From contig OY771506.1 in assembly GCA_963674705.1 (NCBI GenBank), positions 1,184,001 to 1,248,000 of the forward strand: a stretch of 64,000 nt of DNA, written 5' to 3'. Below are positions 37,352-46,661 of this stretch, piece after piece. The notes below the pieces were generated by a model, which was not told where the DNA came from, did not search any database, and saw only the letters and a program-made list of their open reading frames with translations. Source of the stretch: Phycisphaeraceae bacterium (GTDB lineage Bacteria > Planctomycetota > Phycisphaerae > Phycisphaerales > Phycisphaeraceae). Within the stretch, counting starts at the first letter, position 1, and each line of letters starts with the position of its first letter. The translations under genes and the position numbers were made by a program.

Positions 37352-38932
37352 ATGTCGGGACCTTTACACGTCACAGAGTTCATCATCATCGACGATGATG
37401 ATGATCAGGCTAGCCTCTTCGAGCGCGCACTACGCAAGGGTAACTATCTGTCTACTCAAAACGGGCAAGCGGTAGCTATCCGAAAATTCGACAATCCGAC
37501 GGAAGCAATCACGGAATTGCCGACCGAAGGGCCCGTCGTCGTCATCTGCGATTACAACCTCAGTGAATCCACAGGACTCGACTGGTTACCCCATCTTGTT
37601 AAAGAAGGCCTCGGCCCCGTCATTATGGCTAGTTCACAAGGCGACGAACGGATCGCGTCCGAAGCCTTCAAGGCAGGCGCCAGTGATTACCTGGTGAAAA
37701 TGGATGTCTTCCAGGACCCGACCATCCTGCACCGGGCTATCCGTGAAGGATTACTGCAATACAAGCTGGAACGCAGTAACCATGATCTGTCACGCAAACT
37801 TAAAAACGCCAACATCGCACTGCAATCCAAGAACGAGCGCCTGCATGAGCTGACCGAGACCGCCCATCGTTTTGTCGAAGATGTCGCTCATGAATTCCGT
37901 ACACCCCTTACCGTTATCAAGGAGTTCGCCTCTTTAATCAAAGACGGGCTGGGTGGGGAAGTAACCGACCGACAGGTTGAGTTCCTGGGGCATATCGAAA
38001 CCAGTGTGACCAGCCTGGCTAACCTGGTGGACGATTTTCTTGATACCAGCAAACTGCGCGCAAAGCTGATGCGTGTTGATCGCCGCGAGCATGCGGTTGA
38101 AGAGCTGTTTGGCTCGATCCGTGCCGTATTAAACACACGCGCGGCATCAAAATCGATCCGGTTTACCGAATACATACAACCAGACCTGCCTCATGTGTTC
38201 TGCGACCGCGAAAAGGCTGGGCGCGTCATCATCAATCTTGCGATAAACGCCTTCAAATTCTCCGCGGACAACGGCGAAGTCGAACTGTGGGCCAGAAAGC
38301 ATTCGGACGGTGGTGTCGAGATCGGTGTAACCGATCACGGCCCGGGGATCACCGAAGACGATCTGGCCAAGCTGGGCAACCGCTTGACACAGACCGGCGC
38401 AGGGCAGCGCTGCAGCGTGAAAGGTTTTGGCCTCGGTCTGAATATCGCGATGGACCTGGTGCGCGTGAACCTGGGAAGCATGAATGTCAGCAGCCGCTAC
38501 GGAGAAGGAAGTACGTTTGCTTTTACACTGCCGCGTTGCGACCGTGCGGATATCCTTGACCATTACTTCGACACGGTTACCCAGCAATCACCGGAATTGA
38601 GTTCAACGGTCCTTCAGGCAATCCCAATCGATCAAAACGTAGATATGGAGAAAGCCCGGCAGTTCCTGGCAAGCAATTGCCAGTCTTTCGACCTGTTGTT
38701 GCCCGACTCGGACGGCCGATCGGTTGTGCTGGTCGGAACCACCAACGAGCCGGACAGTTGGGTGCGTTCGCTGCAGAAGCACATCGAGCAATCTCGTTCG
38801 CAGATGAAGATCGATAGTTTCGGCGTAGATATGAACATCCGCTGGGTCGGCACGTGGTCAACCCCTCAGTCAAGAAGTGCGATCGTTACCAGTGTCACAC
38901 AATTACTTCAAGGAGTGCGTAACTGTGCCTGA
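37352..38932 (+). CDS. Hybrid histidine kinase (REC-HisKA-HATPase + C-terminal extension)
   Basis: IIDDD/CDYNL receiver, AHEFRTPL, NLAINAFKF, DHGPGI, GFGLGL. Confidence 0.9.
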   Translation: MSGPLHVTEFIIIDDDDDQASLFERALRKGNYLSTQNGQAVAIRKFDNPTEAITELPTEGPVVVICDYNLSESTGLDWLPHLVKEGLGPVIMASSQGDERIASEAFKAGASDYLVKMDVFQDPTILHRAIREGLLQYKLERSNHDLSRKLKNANIALQSKNERLHELTETAHRFVEDVAHEFRTPLTVIKEFASLIKDGLGGEVTDRQVEFLGHIETSVTSLANLVDDFLDTSKLRAKLMRVDRREHAVEELFGSIRAVLNTRAASKSIRFTEYIQPDLPHVFCDREKAGRVIINLAINAFKFSADNGEVELWARKHSDGGVEIGVTDHGPGITEDDLAKLGNRLTQTGAGQRCSVKGFGLGLNIAMDLVRVNLGSMNVSSRYGEGSTFAFTLPRCDRADILDHYFDTVTQQSPELSSTVLQAIPIDQNVDMEKARQFLASNCQSFDLLLPDSDGRSVVLVGTTNEPDSWVRSLQKHIEQSRSQMKIDSFGVDMNIRWVGTWSTPQSRSAIVTSVTQLLQGVRNCA

Positions 38933-39311
38933 TTGTAAGGTCCTGATCATCGAAGATGAGGTTGCGATCGCCACCGCGCTGGAAGTGCGCCTTTCGGCCA
39001 TGGGGTATCAGACAATGGCCGCTCACGACGCGCGTTCCGGGATGACCGCGGCCTCAACATTCCAGCCCGATGTTCTGATCCTGGATATCCGGCTTCCCGA
39101 TCTGGACGGCATCGAGGTCTGCCGCAGGATCAAGGAAGACCCGGACCTCCAGACCATACAAGTTGTGTTGCTTTCGGCGAATATCAACGATGTTTCACGT
39201 GGCGAGGCCGAGGACGCCGGTGCGTTCGCCTGCCTCGCTAAACCCTATGAGATCCAGGATGTGGTTGCCGCGATCGAAGCGGCCGCCTCCTACAGTACGA
39301 CCGAGGCATAA
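38925..39311 (+). CDS. Single-domain response regulator
   Basis: IIEDE, LILDIRLP, KP; AAGGAG + GTG start. Confidence 0.88.
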   Translation: MPDCKVLIIEDEVAIATALEVRLSAMGYQTMAAHDARSGMTAASTFQPDVLILDIRLPDLDGIEVCRRIKEDPDLQTIQVVLLSANINDVSRGEAEDAGAFACLAKPYEIQDVVAAIEAAASYSTTEA

Positions 39312-39322
39312 CGGAGCGTCCC

Positions 39323-39709
39323 ATGGAATATGAACACACGCCAACCGTCCTGATCATCGATAACGATGAGGGGTTACTCAAAGCTATCTCCACGCGCATC
39401 GAAATGATGGGCTATCGATGCATCACCGCCGGCACCGGGGCGCAGGGCATGAGCGAGTTTGAAGCCGACCGTATCGACCTGGTCATCACGGATATGAACA
39501 TGCCTTCCCTTGACGGGATGGGCGTTATCCAGCAGATCCGCAATCAGTGCGATACACCGATCATCGTGGTCACCGGCTTCAAGCAGGCATACGTATCAGC
39601 CCTGAGTGAAATGCACGATATCCAGATCCTTGAAAAACCGTTCCACAGCCAGGACCTGATGGACGCGGTGGAGTCTGAGATCTTTCTCAGACAGGCCAGG
39701 GCCGCTTGA
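39323..39709 (+). CDS. Single-domain response regulator
   Basis: IIDND, VITDMNMP, VTG, KPF. Confidence 0.88.
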   Translation: MEYEHTPTVLIIDNDEGLLKAISTRIEMMGYRCITAGTGAQGMSEFEADRIDLVITDMNMPSLDGMGVIQQIRNQCDTPIIVVTGFKQAYVSALSEMHDIQILEKPFHSQDLMDAVESEIFLRQARAA

Positions 39710-39775
39710 CGTTAATCACATAACCAACCCACGTGCACTGCTACTCAAATCGCACATTGACTTCGGAGACAAACC

Positions 39776-40162
39776 ATGGCTCGAAAACCACGAATCCTAT
39801 TGGCAGACGATGACAGGCCTTTGCTTGAAGCGATCAAGGTGCGCCTGGAAGCCTTGAACGTAGAAATCATCACCGCAACCGACGGCTACACCAGCCTGTC
39901 CAAGGCCATCGAGGAAAAACCCGACCTCCTGATCCTGGACGTCAACATGCCGGCCGGCGACGGCTTCAGCGTACAGGAACGCTTGGCCAGCGCGTCAAAG
40001 GAAATGGGTAGCGTCCCGGTGATCTACCTGACCGGCGATCAATCAGAACGACTCGACAAGATCGCCAGTGAACTCGGCGCGTTCGCCGTCCACCACAAAC
40101 CCTTCAAGATCCAGGACCTGGTCGTAAGTATCCACGACGCGCTGTTGCCCAAGGCCGCGTAG
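39776..40162 (+). CDS. Single-domain response regulator
   Basis: LADDD, LILDVNMP, LTG, KPF. Confidence 0.88.
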   Translation: MARKPRILLADDDRPLLEAIKVRLEALNVEIITATDGYTSLSKAIEEKPDLLILDVNMPAGDGFSVQERLASASKEMGSVPVIYLTGDQSERLDKIASELGAFAVHHKPFKIQDLVVSIHDALLPKAA

Positions 40163-40234
40163 CCCCAAGCCTGCAGCACAATAGTACTTAAGCCCCGACC
40201 AAAGCCTCCGGACTCTGGCCGGGCTTTTTTTGTT

Positions 40235-43200
40235 TTAATGACGGCGGTAAGCAAACGTGAGCCCTAGCGCCAGCAACACAAACGTGGTCGGCTCGGGGAT
40301 ATTCGCGTTCGACCCTGGCGGCGTGCCCGCGTTCCAATTAGCTAACACGATATCCAGATCGTCCAGCCCGACGTAACCATCACCCGATGGATCTGCACGC
40401 GAGTCGCTAGGCGGAACGCTCTGGTTCCAGTTTGCCAGCACGATGTCCAGATCGTCCAGCCCGACGAAACCATCGCTGTTCAGGTCGCCCAGGATGGCGG
40501 TGAAGTTGGCGAGGATGATCTGCATATCTTCGAAACCTGTCGTGCCGTCGTTGTTCATGTCGCCCGTGGCCCAGCCGGTCCCGGTCACGCCGTTGTATTG
40601 CATCGCGATATCCAGGTCCTGCTGATCGACATCGCCGTCCAGGTCCACATCGCCGTACGTCGTTTTGAAGATGTTTTCCAGCAACACGACTTCATCATCA
40701 CTGTCGGTGAGGCCGTTGACATCAAGGTCATAAAGCCAGTCTGTCGAGCCGAACTGTAGACGCAGCATATCGATGTCGCTTGCATCGGTCAGGCTGTCGT
40801 TGTTCAGATCGCCCCGGCCAAGCAGCACCTGCTCGAAGGCGTCCATCGTGGATTGATCCGCCCCACCGCTGAGAAGTTCATCTTCAAGCGCGAACAGGTC
40901 GCGGTTGTCCACCAGCCCGTCGCCAGTGACATCCGCTGCGGCGTGGAACTTGTCGTTCTGGCTGTAGAGGATGTCTTCAAATCCGCCCGGCGCAGCCGTC
41001 AGATCGCTCGGCGATAGAACATTGTCGGAATTAAGATCGCCGAAACCCGCGCCGTTTGCGCCGCTCGTGTACATACCGGCGAAGCGTTGAATGTTGTACG
41101 TGCCTGTGGATTCAACCGTCAGCAGTGTGATGACATGGTTGCCATCTTTCACGTTGAGGAACTCACGCCGGAACAGATCGCGATCGATCTGGAGCGTGGC
41201 GTTTTGTGAAGGATTGATGTCGAGGATGTCTTCTTCGCTTATATTAGCAGGCAAGTCGATGTAAACGAAGATCGCCGCCGCGGTCAGATCGACACTGCTC
41301 ATGACAAGGTCCATGTCGCCTGTGCCGCCGCCGTTCAATTCAAAACTGTCGATCGCGGATTCCGGCGGCAAAAGATCGATGTAGACCACGCGTTTCTGAT
41401 CGTCATAGATCGCCGGGCCGGAATCACGATGGCGGAACGTTCGGCCGGTGATGTAGTGATAGCCCTCGGATAACTGCGTGGCGTCGATAACCTGTTCGTA
41501 TACACCCGTGCCCGTGCCGATGTTTGTTCCCGAACCGTTGTCGATGTAGCCGGGCGTGTTGGTGGTCAGGAACCTCTCGAACCCGTAGACGACTGATCCG
41601 GGTGTGACAAAGTCCACGGCCCCATTTCCGTTGGCGTCATACCCTTCATCAATCTTGAACGCGGCGAAGTCGCCGTCGGCATCGTAATCTCGCCAACCGT
41701 CAGGCAGCGTCACAGCACTGCTGTCCAGCCGGATCGTAAAGGTGCTCGATTTAATGACATCAACATCGCCGATCACCGCGGTTGCGCTCGTGGATGCGGA
41801 GCCCACGCCTGCATCCGTACTGTCGACATTGGTCAGGCTCATGCTGACTTCGGGCGCCGCCAGGCCGTAGATCACGTAACCCTTGCCATGCGTAGCATTC
41901 GCCGGGATTTTGATTGTGACCTGTCCGCTGCCGTCCACGACGATCGTATTGGGGATGTTGTCACCAGGATCGATATTGACATCATCCGCGTTGCCGGTCA
42001 GCTCAACCAGGTGTACACCGGGTTCAAAACCGGTCTGCACGCCGCTGCGCGTTTCGATGTAGTTATCAAGCCGGCTACTCAAACCAATGATCGCGGAGTT
42101 CTCTCGTTCGTAGATGTAGATGTTGGAAAATCCACTGGGATTGAACGCATCATCGAGCCAGCGTTCATGGAAGTCGCCCCGGCCGTGTGAGTTTCGGATA
42201 TCCAGCAGCGTGGTGATCGTGTCGGAACTGTACCCGCCGAGCGCATCATCGCGCCCATCATTGGGGAATTCTCGCCCTCCACCGAATTCTTCGGCGTTGT
42301 GATAAACGATGGCTTGGCCCGGCAGCATGAGTGTGTAGGCATAAGCGACGTTTTCAAGATAAGGGAACCCACCGGCAAGATCATCATGGCTGCCGACAAA
42401 ACTCACGCCTTGGCTGCCGTTGCGCAGCCCGTCGTCGGCCAAGTCCTGCCCGGCATTGCGGATGTTGTGCCAGTTATTCGCGTAGCCGTTACCCGTGAGG
42501 TTGTTCCGCAACGCGAAGAACAATGAGAAGTCCAGCGCGTCGCGGTTACCTTGAACCTCGTTGTCCGAAGTATCGATGCCGTACTGATTCGTTAACCCGC
42601 GATTGATGTATGTCTGAACCGTCCCGGTATTGCCGTCGAGCACTTCGCTGAACGAGTAGATCGGCTTGATCGTTCCATCGTGCTGGATCGTGTTGCTCGC
42701 CGCGTATACCGCCTGGTCCAGCATGTCGAGCGTGGATTCGGGGAAGTGTTTGGCCGCGTCGATACGGAAACCGTCCACACCGATGACCTGGATCATCCAT
42801 TGCGAGTACCGCATGAGCATCTGCTCAGCCGTCTCGACGGTCGCGTCGCCGGCCATCGGGTCGGACGTGTTGAAGTTATATCGCGTGATCAGGTATTCAC
42901 CCGGCCCCGGATCGACATCCAGCACGGTGCCGGGCGAATCCAGGTCCGGGTAGTACTGGGCGTTGGATGCGGTCGGGACATTCGCGATGCGGCCAAACGC
43001 GGGCGTCGTTCCTGCCGGGATGTTGTTCGGATCATCCGGATCGACAGGATGCCGAATGTAAGCGATCGTTTTTTCCTGTGCGATGTCGATCAAACCCGAG
43101 AGCCGGCCGTTCAGATCACCCGATTCATATGCACCGTGAAAGTCGCCATCAACATCACCATCCGTTGATAACACGAAACCGGGGTACCCGCCGGCATCCA

Positions 43201-43654
43201 GGAAGGAGTTGCTGCCGTCGTAGGTCGACAGGTCGCTGAAGCCGTTGTGGTTCAGGATCAGGTCGGTGTAGACACTGATACCGGCGTTGTGTGCCGATTC
43301 GATCGCGGTCTTCAAACCCGTTTCTGTGCCGTATCCCGTGGACCGGTTTTCATCACCCAGGTCGAAACGATCGTACACGTCGTAGCCTACCGACTGATCG
43401 CCCGAATCCGCACGTCCCGGCGGGGGCAGCCAGATCGCGCCGTAACCGGCGTAGAACATATCGACGGACCGCTGCTCAACCGTTTCCCACGAGGCATCAA
43501 AGATCTGGAGTATGGTCGTCTGCGAAACATCCTCGGCATGAGTAAGCGTCGGACACAGACAGCACACCATGGCCGCTATCGCGCCAGTGATAAGCCGCTC
43601 GCGTCTGGATGATGTTGTGATGTTGATCGAACGCTTCTCCACCGCTTGGTGCAT
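40235..43654 (-). CDS. GH13 alpha-amylase with dockerin-like repeats and PEP-CTERM
   Basis: GYDVYD, LNHN, GFRIDAAKH, FSEV, FVGSHD; repeated GDLNxDG; C-terminal IPEPTTFVLLALG..RRH. Confidence 0.9.
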   Translation of the reverse strand: MHQAVEKRSINITTSSRRERLITGAIAAMVCCLCPTLTHAEDVSQTTILQIFDASWETVEQRSVDMFYAGYGAIWLPPPGRADSGDQSVGYDVYDRFDLGDENRSTGYGTETGLKTAIESAHNAGISVYTDLILNHNGFSDLSTYDGSNSFLDAGGYPGFVLSTDGDVDGDFHGAYESGDLNGRLSGLIDIAQEKTIAYIRHPVDPDDPNNIPAGTTPAFGRIANVPTASNAQYYPDLDSPGTVLDVDPGPGEYLITRYNFNTSDPMAGDATVETAEQMLMRYSQWMIQVIGVDGFRIDAAKHFPESTLDMLDQAVYAASNTIQHDGTIKPIYSFSEVLDGNTGTVQTYINRGLTNQYGIDTSDNEVQGNRDALDFSLFFALRNNLTGNGYANNWHNIRNAGQDLADDGLRNGSQGVSFVGSHDDLAGGFPYLENVAYAYTLMLPGQAIVYHNAEEFGGGREFPNDGRDDALGGYSSDTITTLLDIRNSHGRGDFHERWLDDAFNPSGFSNIYIYERENSAIIGLSSRLDNYIETRSGVQTGFEPGVHLVELTGNADDVNIDPGDNIPNTIVVDGSGQVTIKIPANATHGKGYVIYGLAAPEVSMSLTNVDSTDAGVGSASTSATAVIGDVDVIKSSTFTIRLDSSAVTLPDGWRDYDADGDFAAFKIDEGYDANGNGAVDFVTPGSVVYGFERFLTTNTPGYIDNGSGTNIGTGTGVYEQVIDATQLSEGYHYITGRTFRHRDSGPAIYDDQKRVVYIDLLPPESAIDSFELNGGGTGDMDLVMSSVDLTAAAIFVYIDLPANISEEDILDINPSQNATLQIDRDLFRREFLNVKDGNHVITLLTVESTGTYNIQRFAGMYTSGANGAGFGDLNSDNVLSPSDLTAAPGGFEDILYSQNDKFHAAADVTGDGLVDNRDLFALEDELLSGGADQSTMDAFEQVLLGRGDLNNDSLTDASDIDMLRLQFGSTDWLYDLDVNGLTDSDDEVVLLENIFKTTYGDVDLDGDVDQQDLDIAMQYNGVTGTGWATGDMNNDGTTGFEDMQIILANFTAILGDLNSDGFVGLDDLDIVLANWNQSVPPSDSRADPSGDGYVGLDDLDIVLANWNAGTPPGSNANIPEPTTFVLLALGLTFAYRRH

Positions 43655-43861
43655 GTTTCACTCCTGACTCATGCCGATCTCAAGTAGGCCGATCGCGCGA
43701 CGACGGGGCGATCAACCTGTTTTCCAGAGCTTGATACACCGGTCCACACGCATGAAGGGCCATCGCAATCAGCTCGTTGTTGAAAACCACGGCACGGCGG
43801 TCAGGCCGCGCCGCGGGAGGAATGTCACACACGATGGATCAATGGTCCATCGAACCCATCA

Positions 43862-44830
43862 TCAGCGGCGGCGAAGCATCGCCAGTGCACCCAGACCGAG
43901 CAGCGCCATGCTGGCCGGTTCGGGGATCACAAAGTACTGATCACCCGCGTACTGGTTGAAGTTGATGCCGGCCAGGTTGCCGGTGAAGTTGCCGCCACCA
44001 TCGCCACCGAGGTTGCCCTGCGGGGGGGTAAGCCCGCCGAGGACCTGGTTGGAGTGGTAGTTGTTGTCGCCGTTGCCGTAGACAGCGTGGATCTTGATGT
44101 CGCCACCGGTGTAGCCGAGGTCGGCCAGTGCGATGGAGAATTCAAGACCGGTGGTTACAGCAGCGGCCGCGACGGGATCAGAAGCCTGATCGCCACCGAT
44201 GACACCGGCGATGTTGGTGTTGTTGAAGCCGAAGTACACGTCACTGGTCAGGAACGTACCGGCATCAGCGCCGGTGGTGGCGGTGCCGCCGGCCAGGACC
44301 GTGCCGGTCTGAACACCGGTTCCCACACCGGTGTCTGCGGCGCCGTAGTTACCGAGTTCCGCGCCCGGGGTGCTGTTTGAGCGATCGACGACGTCCATCT
44401 CAAATGCGCCACCGTTCCAGCGACCAAACAGGTGGTAGTCAGCCTCGAAGCCTGTATCAAAGGTCAGGCCGCCGAAGTTCGACGAGACGTCGGAGAAGTC
44501 GTAGGCCAGTGAGCCGTCGAGGGTGTTCTCGCCGCCGGCCTTCGAGTCGATGAAGACGCTGACCTTGTTGAAGTTGGGCTCGATGTTGCCTGTGAGCATG
44601 ACGTACAACCGGCCGCCGCTGATCACCGCATAGCCTGCGTCCAGTTCACCGCCACCGCCGGCGCCCATCCCGGTCGGGTCGCTGGCGTCACCGAACTGTG
44701 TCTGTACGGTCTGCACCGCCAACGCGGAGCCATAACCCGCATCGACCGTGCCGTCGACCACAATCGCTTGCGCGTTGCCGGCCACTGCCAACAACGCTGC
44801 GGTCGAAAATGCTGTTACGTAGCCTTTCAT
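43862..44830 (-). CDS. PEP-CTERM secreted protein
   Basis: AGGAGG RBS, signal peptide, IPEPASMALLGLGALAMLRRR. Confidence 0.9.
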   Translation of the reverse strand: MKGYVTAFSTAALLAVAGNAQAIVVDGTVDAGYGSALAVQTVQTQFGDASDPTGMGAGGGGELDAGYAVISGGRLYVMLTGNIEPNFNKVSVFIDSKAGGENTLDGSLAYDFSDVSSNFGGLTFDTGFEADYHLFGRWNGGAFEMDVVDRSNSTPGAELGNYGAADTGVGTGVQTGTVLAGGTATTGADAGTFLTSDVYFGFNNTNIAGVIGGDQASDPVAAAAVTTGLEFSIALADLGYTGGDIKIHAVYGNGDNNYHSNQVLGGLTPPQGNLGGDGGGNFTGNLAGINFNQYAGDQYFVIPEPASMALLGLGALAMLRRR

Positions 44831-45328
44831 ACCATCCTCCTTTTAAAGTGATTATAAATGCGTCTCACGTGTTAAAGGCCCGGCAAGTTCGCCGAACCAT
44901 CTGGTTCAGTAATGGTGTTGACTGGTTTTCTCGACTTGCTTAACCGTTTTAATCTGTTTCCCAAATAATAGTCCCGCGAAGGACGGTTGTCTTCGGAAGC
45001 GTGTGGGGGATGCATCGCAGAAAGGTGTTTATTTTCTCCTGGCCCGCCCAGCCTCCAAGCGATACGGGTTCTCCTCCGTTGCTGAATATACCCTCAAGCC
45101 GTTTCATGTCAAGCATATATCCCGTATTATCGCTGTAAATGTCATTATCACAAACGTTTTCAATGCAAACAGCTATGCCGGCAAACATCACACATATTAG
45201 TACAATGTTAGGTATTTTTCACCACCTGGCCGTCGGCCTGTTTTTTACTGTCGCACACAAACCACGAATTGGACTACATTAATCTGCATCTGCCACTGGT
45301 TTTTCTCACTTCTTTCGTCCATACTTAC

Positions 45329-45378
45329 TTGACGCTGTTCAACGATCCGTTAAACTGTTTAAGCAGTTAACGGTTTAG
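45329..45378 (+). promoter_or_regulatory. Candidate sigma70 promoter overlapped by LacI-type operator palindromes
   Basis: TTGACG-N16-TAAACT; TTAAACTGTTTAA and TTAACGGTTTAG; similar TTAACCGTTTTAA at 44940. Confidence 0.55.
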
Positions 45379-45422
45379 CAGCCGTTGCGGGGGCCTTGGA
45401 GGTTTTGTACAACCCGGATGCG

Positions 45423-46556
45423 ATGGATATGCCCGACAGTCAGGCTGACATGCTGAATGAACTGGTAGCCAAGCCAGATACACCCGGACAAGTCCGTGGC
45501 CGTCAAGGCAATGGCTCGCGAGCCGGTGGCGCTCGCCGCGTCTCTATGCGCGAGGTCGCACAGCAGGCCAGCGTCTCTGTCGCCACCGTCTCCATGGTCC
45601 TCAACGACAATCCTCGCATCAGCAAGGCCACCCAGATCAAAGTCCGCCGGATCATCGACAAGCTGGGCTATCGGCCGAACCGACTCGCTCAGAGCCTCTC
45701 CAGCCAATACACACGCGTCCTGGCAGTGCTTTTGCCACCGCTTCGCCACGCCTTCAGCGACCCTTACTTCGGCGAACTGCTCAGCGGTATCTGCGACCGT
45801 GCCGACAAGCTCGGCCACAAGATCATGCTCGAAAGCGCCAAGCCCGACTTCCTGCGCGAACGCAAGCACATGGAACTGTTCGAACGCCGCTTCGTTGATG
45901 GCATGTTCTGCCTCGGCGTCAACGACCGCCATCACTGGGTCCGCGACTTCTCTGATGCGGGCTTCCCGATGCTCTGCGTCAATAACTACTTCCCCGAACT
46001 CAACCTCGACTATGTCGTCGCGGATTACCGCAGCGGTGCTGAGCAGGTCATGAACGTTCTGCTGCAGCTTGGTCATAAGCAGATCGCCCTGATCAACGGC
46101 GCCCCCGAAGCCCAGACCGCTCGTGACGTCTTGGAGGTTTACACCGCTCGGATGCAGGATGCCGGCCTGGAATGTGACACAAGCTGGACCGCTGACGGCC
46201 GATTCACAGAGGAAGGCGGCGCCGCGGCGCTTAACGAAATAATCGACAGGCACCCCGACGTCTCCGCAATCTTTGCCGGCAACGACAAAATGGCTCTCGG
46301 TGCCATGCACCAGCTTGTCGAACGCGGCCGGCGCGTACCCGGCGACGTCTCGGTTGTTGGTTTCGATGATATTCAGCAGATGGCGTTCGTGAACCCGAGC
46401 CTGACCACTGTTCACCTGCCGCTTTACGAGGTAGGTGCCCGGGCTTGCGAACTACTGGTCCAACGCATCCGCGGCAAGACGGAAAACGTCGCCGAACGGC
46501 TGGCGACGCACCTGGTCCTGCGTGACTCGACGTCCATCGTCCCCGGCAGACGTTAG
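45423..46556 (+). CDS. LacI-family transcriptional regulator
   Basis: SMREVAQQASVSVATVSMVLN HTH, LGYRPN, VVGFDD, LTTV; start uncertain. Confidence 0.92.
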   Translation: MDMPDSQADMLNELVAKPDTPGQVRGRQGNGSRAGGARRVSMREVAQQASVSVATVSMVLNDNPRISKATQIKVRRIIDKLGYRPNRLAQSLSSQYTRVLAVLLPPLRHAFSDPYFGELLSGICDRADKLGHKIMLESAKPDFLRERKHMELFERRFVDGMFCLGVNDRHHWVRDFSDAGFPMLCVNNYFPELNLDYVVADYRSGAEQVMNVLLQLGHKQIALINGAPEAQTARDVLEVYTARMQDAGLECDTSWTADGRFTEEGGAAALNEIIDRHPDVSAIFAGNDKMALGAMHQLVERGRRVPGDVSVVGFDDIQQMAFVNPSLTTVHLPLYEVGARACELLVQRIRGKTENVAERLATHLVLRDSTSIVPGRR

Positions 46557-46661
46557 ACCGAACTGCGTTTCAACTTTTGATCCATGGGTTGTGGTCCGGG
46601 TCGACACGTTCGTGTCCGATCCATCAGCACCACCCGATTCAGGGAAAGGCGAGGCAACTTG

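Noticed and set aside
40330..40490. Direct DNA repeat within the amylase gene
   Set aside because: Explained by the duplicated dockerin-like motif VGLDDLDIVLANWN.
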